From Syncephalis fuscata S228 (taxonomy: Eukaryota; Fungi; Zoopagomycota), in NCBI GenBank assembly GCA_025786725.1, contig JAHLTZ010000003.1:682001-746000 (forward strand): a stretch of 64,000 bases of DNA, read 5' to 3'. Of the stretch, positions 25,921 through 35,455 are shown piece after piece (the stretch's first letter is position 1; each line of letters opens with the position of its first letter). Both the position numbers and the translations under genes were made by a program. The notes under the pieces were generated by a model, which did no database searches, was not told the origin of the DNA, and saw only the letters and a list, made by a program, of their open reading frames with translations.

Positions 25921-27570
25921 TTAAAATGACATATCAATTATTTTATAGTCTTTGCCATTTACTATCAGCGTCGCGTTTCTTATGTTAAATGTGTCATTTA
26001 GTAATAAAGGCTGTCTAGTTAGGTCTCTAATTCCTACAACAATACCACAATGACCATATGATTCTTCGTATAGATACTCTGAATTTGCTATGCCTAAATC
26101 TTTAGTACAACATAGATTGGTCAAATCTATTACTATGTTTTTTTCGTAGTGCTTAGGCTTGTAAATAACAAATCTTCCGATATATAACGAAAAGCGATTA
26201 CTATATATGCCCATGTCTAAGAAGGAATGAGGTTCAAGCACTGAACCTAAGGTTTCTACATCAATGTGTGCCAGTATAACGCCATCGATTATGCTGTGGA
26301 CCGTCCATTTATTTACAGATATAACAAGGATGCGGTTAGAACCAGACAGTGGTACTGTACCAAGAACTTGAACGTTACGTGTCCAAATAGGTTTTTTATC
26401 TTTAATAAAAGTGTTTGAGTAATTGCATTTTGTTGAAATCATGACCAAGCTTATTTCATCAGCTCCATTTTCATTCGCTGTACTAAGAGCCAATTGTGAA
26501 TTATTTTCAATCAAAACTCGATTATCATCTAATTTTTTAAAGATGATAATAAAATCGTCAAATTTCTTAAAGCAGATTTCTCCTTGCATTAGACAGCGTG
26601 GACCATATCCTAAATGGCGATTTGAAAACTCCCATACGTTCCATTTGAATGTGGTAGTGGTATCCGTGTGATGTAATGTTCTACTAAATACGGTTGCTGT
26701 TTCTTCAGTAGCTCTTAATAAAAAAGATCCGCCATGATAAGTTGTAATAATGCCCATGCACATTTGGCCGTTAGCAAGATCAAAAACGCGGGTGGTTGTT
26801 AGTACATTAGATCTATCCGTATCTTCAGCTTCTAGTTCTAAATAGTTAGCCATCATCCAGCGGCCACGGATGCTTGCATTATCACATAAACAGGAGAATT
26901 GACGCGGTCGCATAATTGAGACTTGATGCACTGGCCAAATGGAAATGATACATGTTTTTTCGTGAATAAGATTTACGTTGTTTGTTTGTTTAGTAATAGT
27001 CACTACGAATCTGTCTGATATCAAGCATTGTTTTGCATGAGATTTATAGTTTGCATCATTCCGAAATAGTTTACGCAAACGCCAAAATCGTTTACTTGGT
27101 GCTTCTCCTATTGGCTGGCATTGCTCAAAAATGGAACATTTCCGCAAGTCAGTATGCCGATAAGCAATTCGTTGCAATACAATAGAACGGATGTTAGCTG
27201 GTTCTTCTATCACTACATCCTTGATTGGATATGGCGTGACTTTAAGCCAATTTGCATCAGTGGCACGTCGACAGCAGAATGCATGAAACCACTCGATGTG
27301 CTGGTTGTTCAACTGAGCAACGTTGATTGTTTTTTTGGGCTGTGCTGCCAACAGTTTTGATATACGTACTGTCTTTACATACCAGGCTAGCCATTTCATC
27401 TCATTGTCGTCAGCAAGATTGTAATACTGCTTATATCGCTGATGCCAGAGACTATTCTGTTGACTGACACAATACCGCAGCCATTTACTGCAGCATGAAA
27501 GTAGAACAAGTGAGTCGTTGTCGGCATATACGGCAACACGGCCAATAACAAGTATAGGGATATAATCCAT
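25921..27570 (-). CDS. Lineage-specific F-box-like protein A (549 aa, intronless)
   Basis: The N-terminus MDYIPILVIGRVAVYADNDSLVLLSCCSKWLRYCVSQQNSLWHQRY fits the F-box pattern, followed by W...F..R....NW and a beta-rich C-terminal region. Paralog at 45711-47360. Confidence 0.7.
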   Translation of the reverse strand: MDYIPILVIGRVAVYADNDSLVLLSCCSKWLRYCVSQQNSLWHQRYKQYYNLADDNEMKWLAWYVKTVRISKLLAAQPKKTINVAQLNNQHIEWFHAFCCRRATDANWLKVTPYPIKDVVIEEPANIRSIVLQRIAYRHTDLRKCSIFEQCQPIGEAPSKRFWRLRKLFRNDANYKSHAKQCLISDRFVVTITKQTNNVNLIHEKTCIISIWPVHQVSIMRPRQFSCLCDNASIRGRWMMANYLELEAEDTDRSNVLTTTRVFDLANGQMCMGIITTYHGGSFLLRATEETATVFSRTLHHTDTTTTFKWNVWEFSNRHLGYGPRCLMQGEICFKKFDDFIIIFKKLDDNRVLIENNSQLALSTANENGADEISLVMISTKCNYSNTFIKDKKPIWTRNVQVLGTVPLSGSNRILVISVNKWTVHSIIDGVILAHIDVETLGSVLEPHSFLDMGIYSNRFSLYIGRFVIYKPKHYEKNIVIDLTNLCCTKDLGIANSEYLYEESYGHCGIVVGIRDLTRQPLLLNDTFNIRNATLIVNGKDYKIIDMSF

Positions 27571-28206
27571 TATGCATAAGTGTAAATAAAATAAAGAAAA
27601 GAAATAGTTGCTAAATCGCTAAGGGCTATTCATGTCAGTAATATTTTATTAAAGATAGCAATCATAACGCGTATCTATAATGATCATATGCATGACGTAT
27701 ATTTTGAATTTATATGTATTGTGCAACCTTCAAAAACCATCAAACCTTTGGAATAGCGGCCCTTTTACAATTAAATCACCATACTTGAGTTATCTACTCT
27801 ATCTATCATGATAATGTCGTTTTGTATCACAATATTACTATATATTATCTTTTTAATAATATAATATGCTAATCGCATAGTACGTCGTGGTTCATTTGAC
27901 ATTATTAGCAATCTATGCAACACTTAGTATAATTTATAGATCAAATGCCTACATTGAGTGCTATCTGCGCAACTGAACTACAAATTTATTTTGTTGAACA
28001 TAAAACTAAGTGGTAATGAAATTAAATGCCAGAATAATTTTTGTCATAAACAATTTAAATAAAATTATCCGCTTTTAATAACTGACATATTGACGATTTG
28101 TTATTTAAAGATGCATCATAAAAATATGAAATGTTTATAGCTTTAAGTAATTTAATTAAATTGTTTATTAATACAAGTTTATACCCAATACTTTAGTATA
28201 AACATG

Positions 28207-29244
28207 TTATTTTTTAGAGAATCTGTTAATATTTTTGGTATTCATATCCTTGATAATAGCTTTGTATGATCCCAGATTGCCAAAATAATGATCAATCTTG
28301 ACACGATGCACATGTGGATATTTATCGGAATAAAGCTTGGTAGTCTCGCTAAGCTTTCCAAATGCTTCTTTAGCAACAGAGTCAAGGCATATTCCTGGCT
28401 TTTTGTGCTTCTTCATCTGATCAATCCAGCTTCCGACGTTTGTGCTGTATACAAAGTCAACACACTGCCATTTCTTCACAGTTTCCGGTGTATTTTTGGC
28501 GTGCCTCTCGAAAGAACTGGTAAGATCTCTAAGCTTATTGGATTCTTTTACATAATCCCAACTGCCATCTATATAATCAAGACGATCATGGATCCACGCT
28601 GGCCGTTTTTTCACGTCGGGAATGAAGTCACCAAAGAATACGACCACTTGTTTGCCTTGCTTGGTCATTTCGTCCAATGTAGGCCATGATTCGCTAATAC
28701 TTGTACGTTCAAGCATTTTCCCATCCAAATGCTCTCTAAGCTTTGCAATAATATCATTGCTTGTCTTGTTCTTGTCGCCTAGATAGTCGCCATACTCGAT
28801 AACAATTACTTCATTGGGATTTTGAGTAATAAACTCCTTGATTTGTTTTATGTGTACATCAAGACCATCACCCAATGCACGGAACATATTATGGCCGTGG
28901 CAAGTAACAGTATTGCTGTTTGCAATACATGTGTCGATATCGAACGAACGAATACCATCCTTTAGTTGGGTGGCAATATCGTGTTCTGGCTGATTGTCCC
29001 AAAGGCACCGAGCCAGTGGATTCAATACTCGACATTTGCTGGCAATACCACAGCCTGGCTCAAGTCTGTACGCAGCCGAATTGTGTGAGCCCATAAAAGT
29101 ATACTGGTCAAATGCTAGGGGACAATAGTCAGGCGACCCATTACAAGCCTTGGCCGTTGCTGCGGCAGCATCGACTGAGTTGATAACGGCTAGAACAGCA
29201 GTAGCAGCGAGTAATAGTTGCATTGAGGACATAAAGTGCGTCAT
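28207..29244 (-). CDS. Secreted PI-PLC X-domain (PLC-like phosphodiesterase) protein, intronless
   Basis: Signal peptide, then CNGSPDYC, FMGSHNS, NQ...IATQLKDGIRSFDID, CHG, FITQNPNEVIVI, WPTLDEM. Confidence 0.88.
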   Translation of the reverse strand: MTHFMSSMQLLLAATAVLAVINSVDAAAATAKACNGSPDYCPLAFDQYTFMGSHNSAAYRLEPGCGIASKCRVLNPLARCLWDNQPEHDIATQLKDGIRSFDIDTCIANSNTVTCHGHNMFRALGDGLDVHIKQIKEFITQNPNEVIVIEYGDYLGDKNKTSNDIIAKLREHLDGKMLERTSISESWPTLDEMTKQGKQVVVFFGDFIPDVKKRPAWIHDRLDYIDGSWDYVKESNKLRDLTSSFERHAKNTPETVKKWQCVDFVYSTNVGSWIDQMKKHKKPGICLDSVAKEAFGKLSETTKLYSDKYPHVHRVKIDHYFGNLGSYKAIIKDMNTKNINRFSKK

Positions 29245-29431
29245 TTTAATTTAATTGTTAAAGTAGCTAGAAGTTTAGTTTTGCGTTTAAATTCAAAAGC
29301 TAATGTGTGATAACTTGAGCTCTAGGTAAAGATAAAGTAGCAATGTAATAGTTATTTGAGCAATAAGATAAATGTCGTCAGTATTGTTGATGTTGATGAA
29401 AAATGAAAGCATTAAGCGAAAACTAATACCC

Positions 29432-29439
29432 TTTATATA
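29432..29439 (-). promoter_or_regulatory. Candidate TATA box of the PI-PLC-like gene
   Basis: TATATAAA on the minus strand ~190 nt upstream of ATG 29244. Confidence 0.45.
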
Positions 29440-30730
29440 ACAGTGTTTTAATGGTTTATTTCAAAATACAATATCAGCCATTGTCGTCATAATGTCACCA
29501 GTACTGTCCTTTAATTACTAAGTACTTGGTAGAAACTAAGGGTACAGGCATAAATTCTGTGTTACAGGCCTTACTATTTAGGAGTACAATTTAAATGTCT
29601 AGAGGGACAAAACAAGTTTTCTGGCCGTATTATCATCTGGTTCTTGGTGCTATTACACGGCGCAGTCGTGTAAACTATGAGCCGTTCAAACATAAGCATG
29701 ACAAGGGGTAATAATTTATGGACTACAGGCCTAGCTACAGGCCTAGCTACAACGAATTCACGATCGTTTATATATTTTAGGCCTTAATGTCGCTACATTA
29801 CCCAAGTATCGGATCATTTAACAGTTTGTTTAATTATAACATGAAAATAGCTTAGCCATGCTTTTGTTATAAATCTTTAATTTAAATACAAGTAAAAATA
29901 GTACTGTACCTAGTGGTATTAAAACATTTATAAAATTATATTATTAATACATATTAAAAAGTTGTTAATTTACATATTAATTATTTTCTATTAATAATTC
30001 ATGTATGAATAAAAAGTAATATCGCTAACATAAGAGAATGATGCCACATTGGTTGTGGCCTAATCGATGATTTTAATTGGCCTTTGCTTAATGCATATCC
30101 AAGTTGTAGTTGAAAACTAGGCTGCACATGTATCAATGAGTATTTTATGGATGTAGTGCTAATTTATTAAATTACATCAAGATTACGTTTTTATTAATTA
30201 TTGTTTAGCTGTAGCTAAGTTTAATTGGCGCAATTAAAAGCCTTATAACGATATACGGTAAAACTATGCAAGTGATCGTCGCTAGTTTATCATTAATATA
30301 TCAACATTTTAACAAATCTAATTTAAATAATAATGTTATGTAGTTAATTGTACTGTGTATTATTTAATAACATTTAAACACGCTTTAAATATTGACTTGT
30401 TCACTGTACTGACACACGTGACACTAACAAAATCCATATGATGTTATTGTGGTCATGCTGAAATGAGTGTCAATACTATTTCCAAAATAGTGCATGTGTC
30501 ACTAAATTGAACACAGGCAGCAATTACGATTACGTCAAAGGTCGAATGGCCGTCTCTTGGCGGTGTTTTACCCAAACTCACACTCACACTCATACTCATA
30601 GCTCTCATCTCTTTCATTCTGTCGCCACTAGTCGTCCAGCACTAGTTGAACCGAAAAGGAACGCTGTTCTTTTATTTTCATAACCTTGTCTATTCTTCTA
30701 TTACTACAAAATCATCCTTCATCTTTCATC

Positions 30731-32597
30731 ATGGCCGAACAGCCTACACTTGCTTCGTTGTTGGCCCGCTTGGAGTTGGCCACTGAACGACTTGAGGACC
30801 TTTCATTGTCGAGTGGTTCCAGTGGAGGCGCGGCTGGTGGAGCAGTTGGCCGAGCCATCAGTAAGAATACTGATTCAATCCAAGCTACAGTACCAGCATC
30901 GGTTGAACAGTATGATGAAATCATCAACGGCACACTTAAAACTTATCTAGACCAGTCAAACGAGATTGGTGACCTAGTTAAGGAACAGGTAGCGACAATA
31001 AAGCTAGTTAAATATGCAGCATGGCTAATAGAATAATTGTTGTGTAGAGTCTGGCTGTGCAGCGTCTATTCCAGCTTCAGCGGCAATTCATTTTATTGGC
31101 CTCTCAGTCGAAAAAGCCAGACTTTGAATCGACAGCGTTTGCTGAATTGATCGAGCCCATCCAACAAACCATGAACACCATTTGTGCTTATCGTAACGAT
31201 AACCGTGGCTCTCCATTTTTCAACCATTTATCCACAATCAGTGAAGGCATATCAGCACTTGGCTGGATCACAGTGGTAAGTTTTACTGTATTTTCTAGAT
31301 AATATACGCTGATTGTGCGTTATTAGGAACCAGCCCCAGCTCCATATGTAGGCGAAATGAAGGAAAGCGCTCATTTCTACGCAAACCGTGTACTAAAAGA
31401 TTACAAAGACGCGTAAGCATACGCAGAATATCTACCAATTCATTAATTAACTGTTTATCAAATCTATAGTGATTCAAAGCACGTAGAATGGTCTAATGCT
31501 TTTATGGCGGTACTTGAGGAATTACAATCTTATGTAAAGGCATACCATACCACCGGTTTAGTCTGGAATTCTAATGGTAAAGATGCTCGAGAGGTTGCTG
31601 GTAAGTAAACGGATAGCAATAGTTTGTGGAAATACTCATTTAATGCTATTTAGCATCTTTGGCATCACCAAGCAATTCTGGTAAACGTCCCCGTCCACCA
31701 GTGCCACCTCGTCATGATCGCGCTGCACCTGCAAGCAATGAAGCAGCTAGCAGCGGCCAAGATGCACCCGCACCCAATCGAGCTGCTTTGTTCAGTGCGT
31801 TAAATGCCGGCGAGGGTATTACGGCTGGTCTACGTAAAGTAAACAAGTCAGAAATGACGCATAAAAACCCAGATATACGTGGATCTAGTGCTGTAGTGAC
31901 ATCACCGACCAGTAAGTTTTTATAGCGTATAAATAGTGTTACACTCGGCTAATAGTACTGTTAAAAGAAACTGCCGCCGCTTCAGGTACAGCTGCTAAAA
32001 AGCCACCTCGTACAGCACTTGAAGGAAAGAAATGGATTGTGGTAAGACAATTTATTAATTATATCATTAGCGCAATATTAATGATATGTGGCAGGAATAC
32101 TACAATGGAGAACAAGTTGTATTGGACAAAGTAGAACGTGACCATGCCGTCTACGTTTTCCAGTGTGTCAATACAACTATTACCATCAAGGATAAGGCAG
32201 CAGCCGTGACTATTGGTAATTAACAATGCAATATAGTTAATAGAAACAACAGTGTTAACACATCTATTACTACTATATAATAGATCATTGTCGTAAATCT
32301 GGCGTGGTCGTTGACAGTGTTATGTCCAATTTGGAGGTAATTGCCGGTCAATCCGTGCAACTGCAAATATCTGGCCATGTACAAACTGTAGTCGTTGACA
32401 ACACCGACTCGGCCCAGATCTACGTTTCACCTGAAAGCATGGGTCTACAACTGTTTACTTCAAAGAGTAGCGCAGTCAATCTGCTATTTGCCGAAAAAAG
32501 CAGCGATGATTACACGGAAAAGGCCATTCCTGAACAATTCCTATCTAAAATCGTTAATGGCAAAGTAATTACTGAGCCTGTGGTACACACGGGATAA
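30731..32597 (+). CDS. SRV2: Adenylyl cyclase-associated protein (CAP), multi-exon
   Basis: LLARLELATERLEDL (RLE motif), FFNHLSTISEGISALGW, FYANRVLKDYK, YHTTGLVWN, proline-rich linker, ALFSALNAGEGITAGLRKV, and a C-terminal CARP domain ending EKAIPEQF...TEPVVHTG. Confidence 0.96.
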
Positions 32598-32667
32598 AAG
32601 ACAATAATTTAATGGAAATAAAATATTTTATTTTAATCCATAACGGCAGTGCCATAGACGAATCCAT

Positions 32668-32871
32668 CTAAACGTTATTTAGACAACAATTAGTAATTGG
32701 ATCTATAATAATAATTGGGTAATTGGGTAACAATGGTAAAAAGTAACTCAGACAAAATAATTTGTTCGATTCCTTTTGGGTCTTGTCATCATACTGCAAT
32801 CAGTAGAGGGAGACCGTGCATCATCATAGCTACTTGCTCTACACCACATCACTATTTGCTCTACTACTTAC
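32668..32871 (-). other. 3'-UTR intron of RPS12 (204 nt) hosting a snoRNA
   Basis: GTAAGT donor 26 nt after the RPS12 stop, TACTAAT branch point at ~32695-32689, TTTAG acceptor at 32668. These match the splice signals of neighbouring genes. Confidence 0.75.
32741..32835 (-). ncRNA. Box C/D snoRNA (~95 nt)
   Basis: Terminal stem AAGUAGC/GUUACUU. Box C AUGAUGA 32827-32821, box D' CUGA 32803-32800, box C' AUGAUGA 32792-32786, box D CUGA 32751-32748. The D' guide ends UCCCUCUA, complementary to conserved 18S UAGAGGGA. Confidence 0.85.
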
Positions 32872-32897
32872 TTTAAGCAGCCATTCAAATAGAATGC

Positions 32898-33323
32898 TTA
32901 CTGGGTCTTGAAGTGTTCCAAGAGGATGGTCATGGCCTCGGACTCCTCACCGTAGTCACGGACAACGGCGCATGAGCAGCCAACGACCTTACGTGGGTAC
33001 CCTCACGATCGATCTTGCAGAGACCGACCCATTCACCGAGCTTCTTGGCATCGCCAACCTGATGAGGTTGATCTTGTGCTCAGTGCAGAGAGCTTCGATC
33101 AACTTGACGTACTCCTTCTCGGTACACGACTCGACGAGAACGCACAAGTGAGCCTGACGACGGTCAAGGGACTTGGTGCATCGCGGAGACCGCGGGAAAG
33201 ACCACCATGGGCCAAGGAGCGCTTCAAGAACTCTTGGAGAGCATCCTCAACGGACATTGGTCCAGTGACGGCTGGGGCGTCGGCAGCGACCTCAACCTGA
33301 GCCACATCATTTCCATCAGACAT
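32898..33323 (-). CDS. RPS12: 40S ribosomal protein eS12; intronless CDS with three apparent single-A deletions
   Basis: With one A restored at each of ~33181, ~33060 and ~32998: MSDG...[109 protein letters not shown]. Strong C-ending codon bias. Confidence 0.95.
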
Positions 33324-33359
33324 GATTATAATGGTAAGCTTGTTCAGCTGATTTCCTCA

Positions 33360-33863
33360 CTAAATGAATAAACAAAAAGCAATAATAATAGTTAGTATCA
33401 GTATATTATATAATATTGATATTTAAAATCAAATATCGCGTCATTACGTGGATTCTATACAATAGAATAAATAGTCCACGCTCTACTCTATTATCGGGTG
33501 CTTATAGTTAATACGTACATTGTGACAAACGGTATCAATGTAGTTAGTGTAGTGTATAGAGTGACGAACAAATGAATAAGCACTTGTACGTATGTATGTA
33601 TATACAAACGACTTATTTATCATCCATCCATCCATCCATCTATCCATCTATTCAACTAGCAACTAGATGGATATACCCACATACTCATTGATCCCGTTCA
33701 TCGTACATATTGTACGCGATAAATACATCAAGCAGGCTTAATGATTAATCGCAACAAGTCACTCCGGGTTCAAGTATTGTATACCGATAGATTTATCGAT
33801 ATAACATAGATAGACTACAACATCTTTGTTTTTATATGGATATATTGCTATCTCGATACATAC
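33360..33863 (-). other. 5'-UTR intron of RPS12 (acceptor firm, donor uncertain)
   Basis: TTTAG acceptor at 33360, 36 nt before the ATG, with ACTAAC branch point at 33396-33391. Candidate GTATGT donors at 33863 and 33684. Pyrimidine-rich TSS-like tract at ~33958-33920. Confidence 0.6.
33671..33785 (-). promoter_or_regulatory. Structured RNA element with a kink-turn-like motif in the RPS12 leader/intron
   Basis: Long hairpin with AUACU/AGUAU, UGA/UCA, CCCG/CGGG, a GA / GAU-GA internal motif, GU-ACUUGUUG/CAAUAUGUAC, CGAU/AUCG and CAUUAAG/CUUGAUG. Its base covers a GUAUGU donor. Confidence 0.5.
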
Positions 33864-34011
33864 ATGAGATGGCAGTAAAGCCTAGATATAGCGATGGATA
33901 CGCTAATTGAACGTGAATATGGAAAGGAAGGATCTAACGGCGAGTGGAGCGAGAGGACAATTAGCAATTTATCACTTAGTTTAGTTCTAATTAAAACAAG
34001 ATTGGCGCAAA

Positions 34012-35345
34012 TCATGATTGAAATGGCCGAGCATGTTCGCGGAAATAAGTTGATAAATTTTCATAGACCACAAAAGTAATACAAGTGCCAGGCAAGACGC
34101 GTAATGCATTGGGCGCTAATCCCTTATAAAAGCCTAATACACCCTCCAATCTAATTGATGTGTTAGCAATATAGCAATAAAATAGTAATAACGATATAAT
34201 ACTTGCCGATATATTTTGCTAATGGCATCTATAACACCATGATATTTAGTATTACCGTTTTGTTGATTCTATCACATCATTTATAGTTAGAAATAATACC
34301 GATTATTATGATTGTTTACCTGTAGTCGTGATCGCAATACTTGGTATGGATAAGTTGATACAGTGGCAAACAATTTGGAAACACTAGCCATCACCATATA
34401 CTCCAACGTACTCTGTATCAGCAATAATTGTTAATTACTAGCTATAAGCTTATTAATCTACTATGACTTACAAGGCGTTCCTTATTTTTAGAGGGATTTA
34501 CATCAATACGCCGCTTTTTTAAGTCTTCATAGGCCATAAATTGCAATGCACCATGGGATACACCAAACAATGCTGGCACCATACCTTTGTACAGACCGCG
34601 TATTCCCTCTTTGCGCATAATCTGACCTAGACCATCTGATACAGTATATGTTAATTATAACACTTTAAATAAATATACCATAACAACTTACCCAATAGTC
34701 CACGATATGCATATTGATCGGTTCTATTTGTAACGCACATTCGTGTTTTCACCACCCATAGCGGATTGGTCATCATAGCCGTAATAGCGCCTAGCCTATC
34801 ATATTAGTATTTTATTGCTTCATACTAGTTTAAACTACTACTATTTACATACCTGCTTCAGCTGATGCAACCAAATGCTGTCCTGCTGACATTCGACCAT
34901 CTTCATCTTTTGGCGCGCGTGCTTTAAACATATCATACCTGGTTAGTTAATGAATAAATTAGCTTAAAACTAACACTTTATTATATATATATATATGTAT
35001 ATGATCTTACCACCAAAAATAAAGTGCCCAGCTACCGGTTGCACCCGCCAAGTTGGGCGTTAAACCACGATATAGACCCCGCAAACCATCCTTACTGAAT
35101 ATTGAACGCATCATCGAAACAGTCCGGCCAAGCATAGGCTTGCGGCGGCTTTTGTCGGCATCATCCACTATGCGTCGCGTGTACAGTCAGTCACTATAGC
35201 GTTACAGCTATTTAACGTCCGGCCTACCCTGCAGTCGCGTTTTAATCATGTCCAGCGGGTGGAGAATGGTCGTGGAGACGAATCCAGCACCAAAACCCGC
35301 CAGAGCCTGGTCTAATCCAGGAGAGCTGGTGAAAGACCGGGCCAT
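34012..35345 (-). CDS. FLX1: Mitochondrial FAD/folate carrier (SLC25A32-like), multi-exon
   Basis: Three carrier repeats: [34 protein letters not shown]. Also [48 protein letters not shown]. One GC-AG intron (34206-34151). Confidence 0.93.
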
Positions 35346-35455
35346 ACTGGTTGGTAATGAGCCGCAATAAAAGAAATAAAAGAAAACAAGTGTTTTTAAA
35401 AGAAAAGTTGAGGCTGAGGTGACTGTTGCTACTCTGATCTTTTACGCTTTTTATC

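Noticed and set aside
32898-33323. RPS12 as a processed pseudogene
   Set aside because: It retains UTR introns, strong codon bias and a conserved protein, with no poly(A) tail or TSD. The three breaks are all loss of one A.
33681-33777. SECIS element recoding the FLX1 TGA (or the F-box B TGA) as selenocysteine
   Set aside because: The GA/GA motif is in the opposite orientation to a SECIS core, and no helix II forms after GUGAC. The FLX1 TGA is at the normal C-terminus, and the F-box TGA replaces Trp, not Cys.
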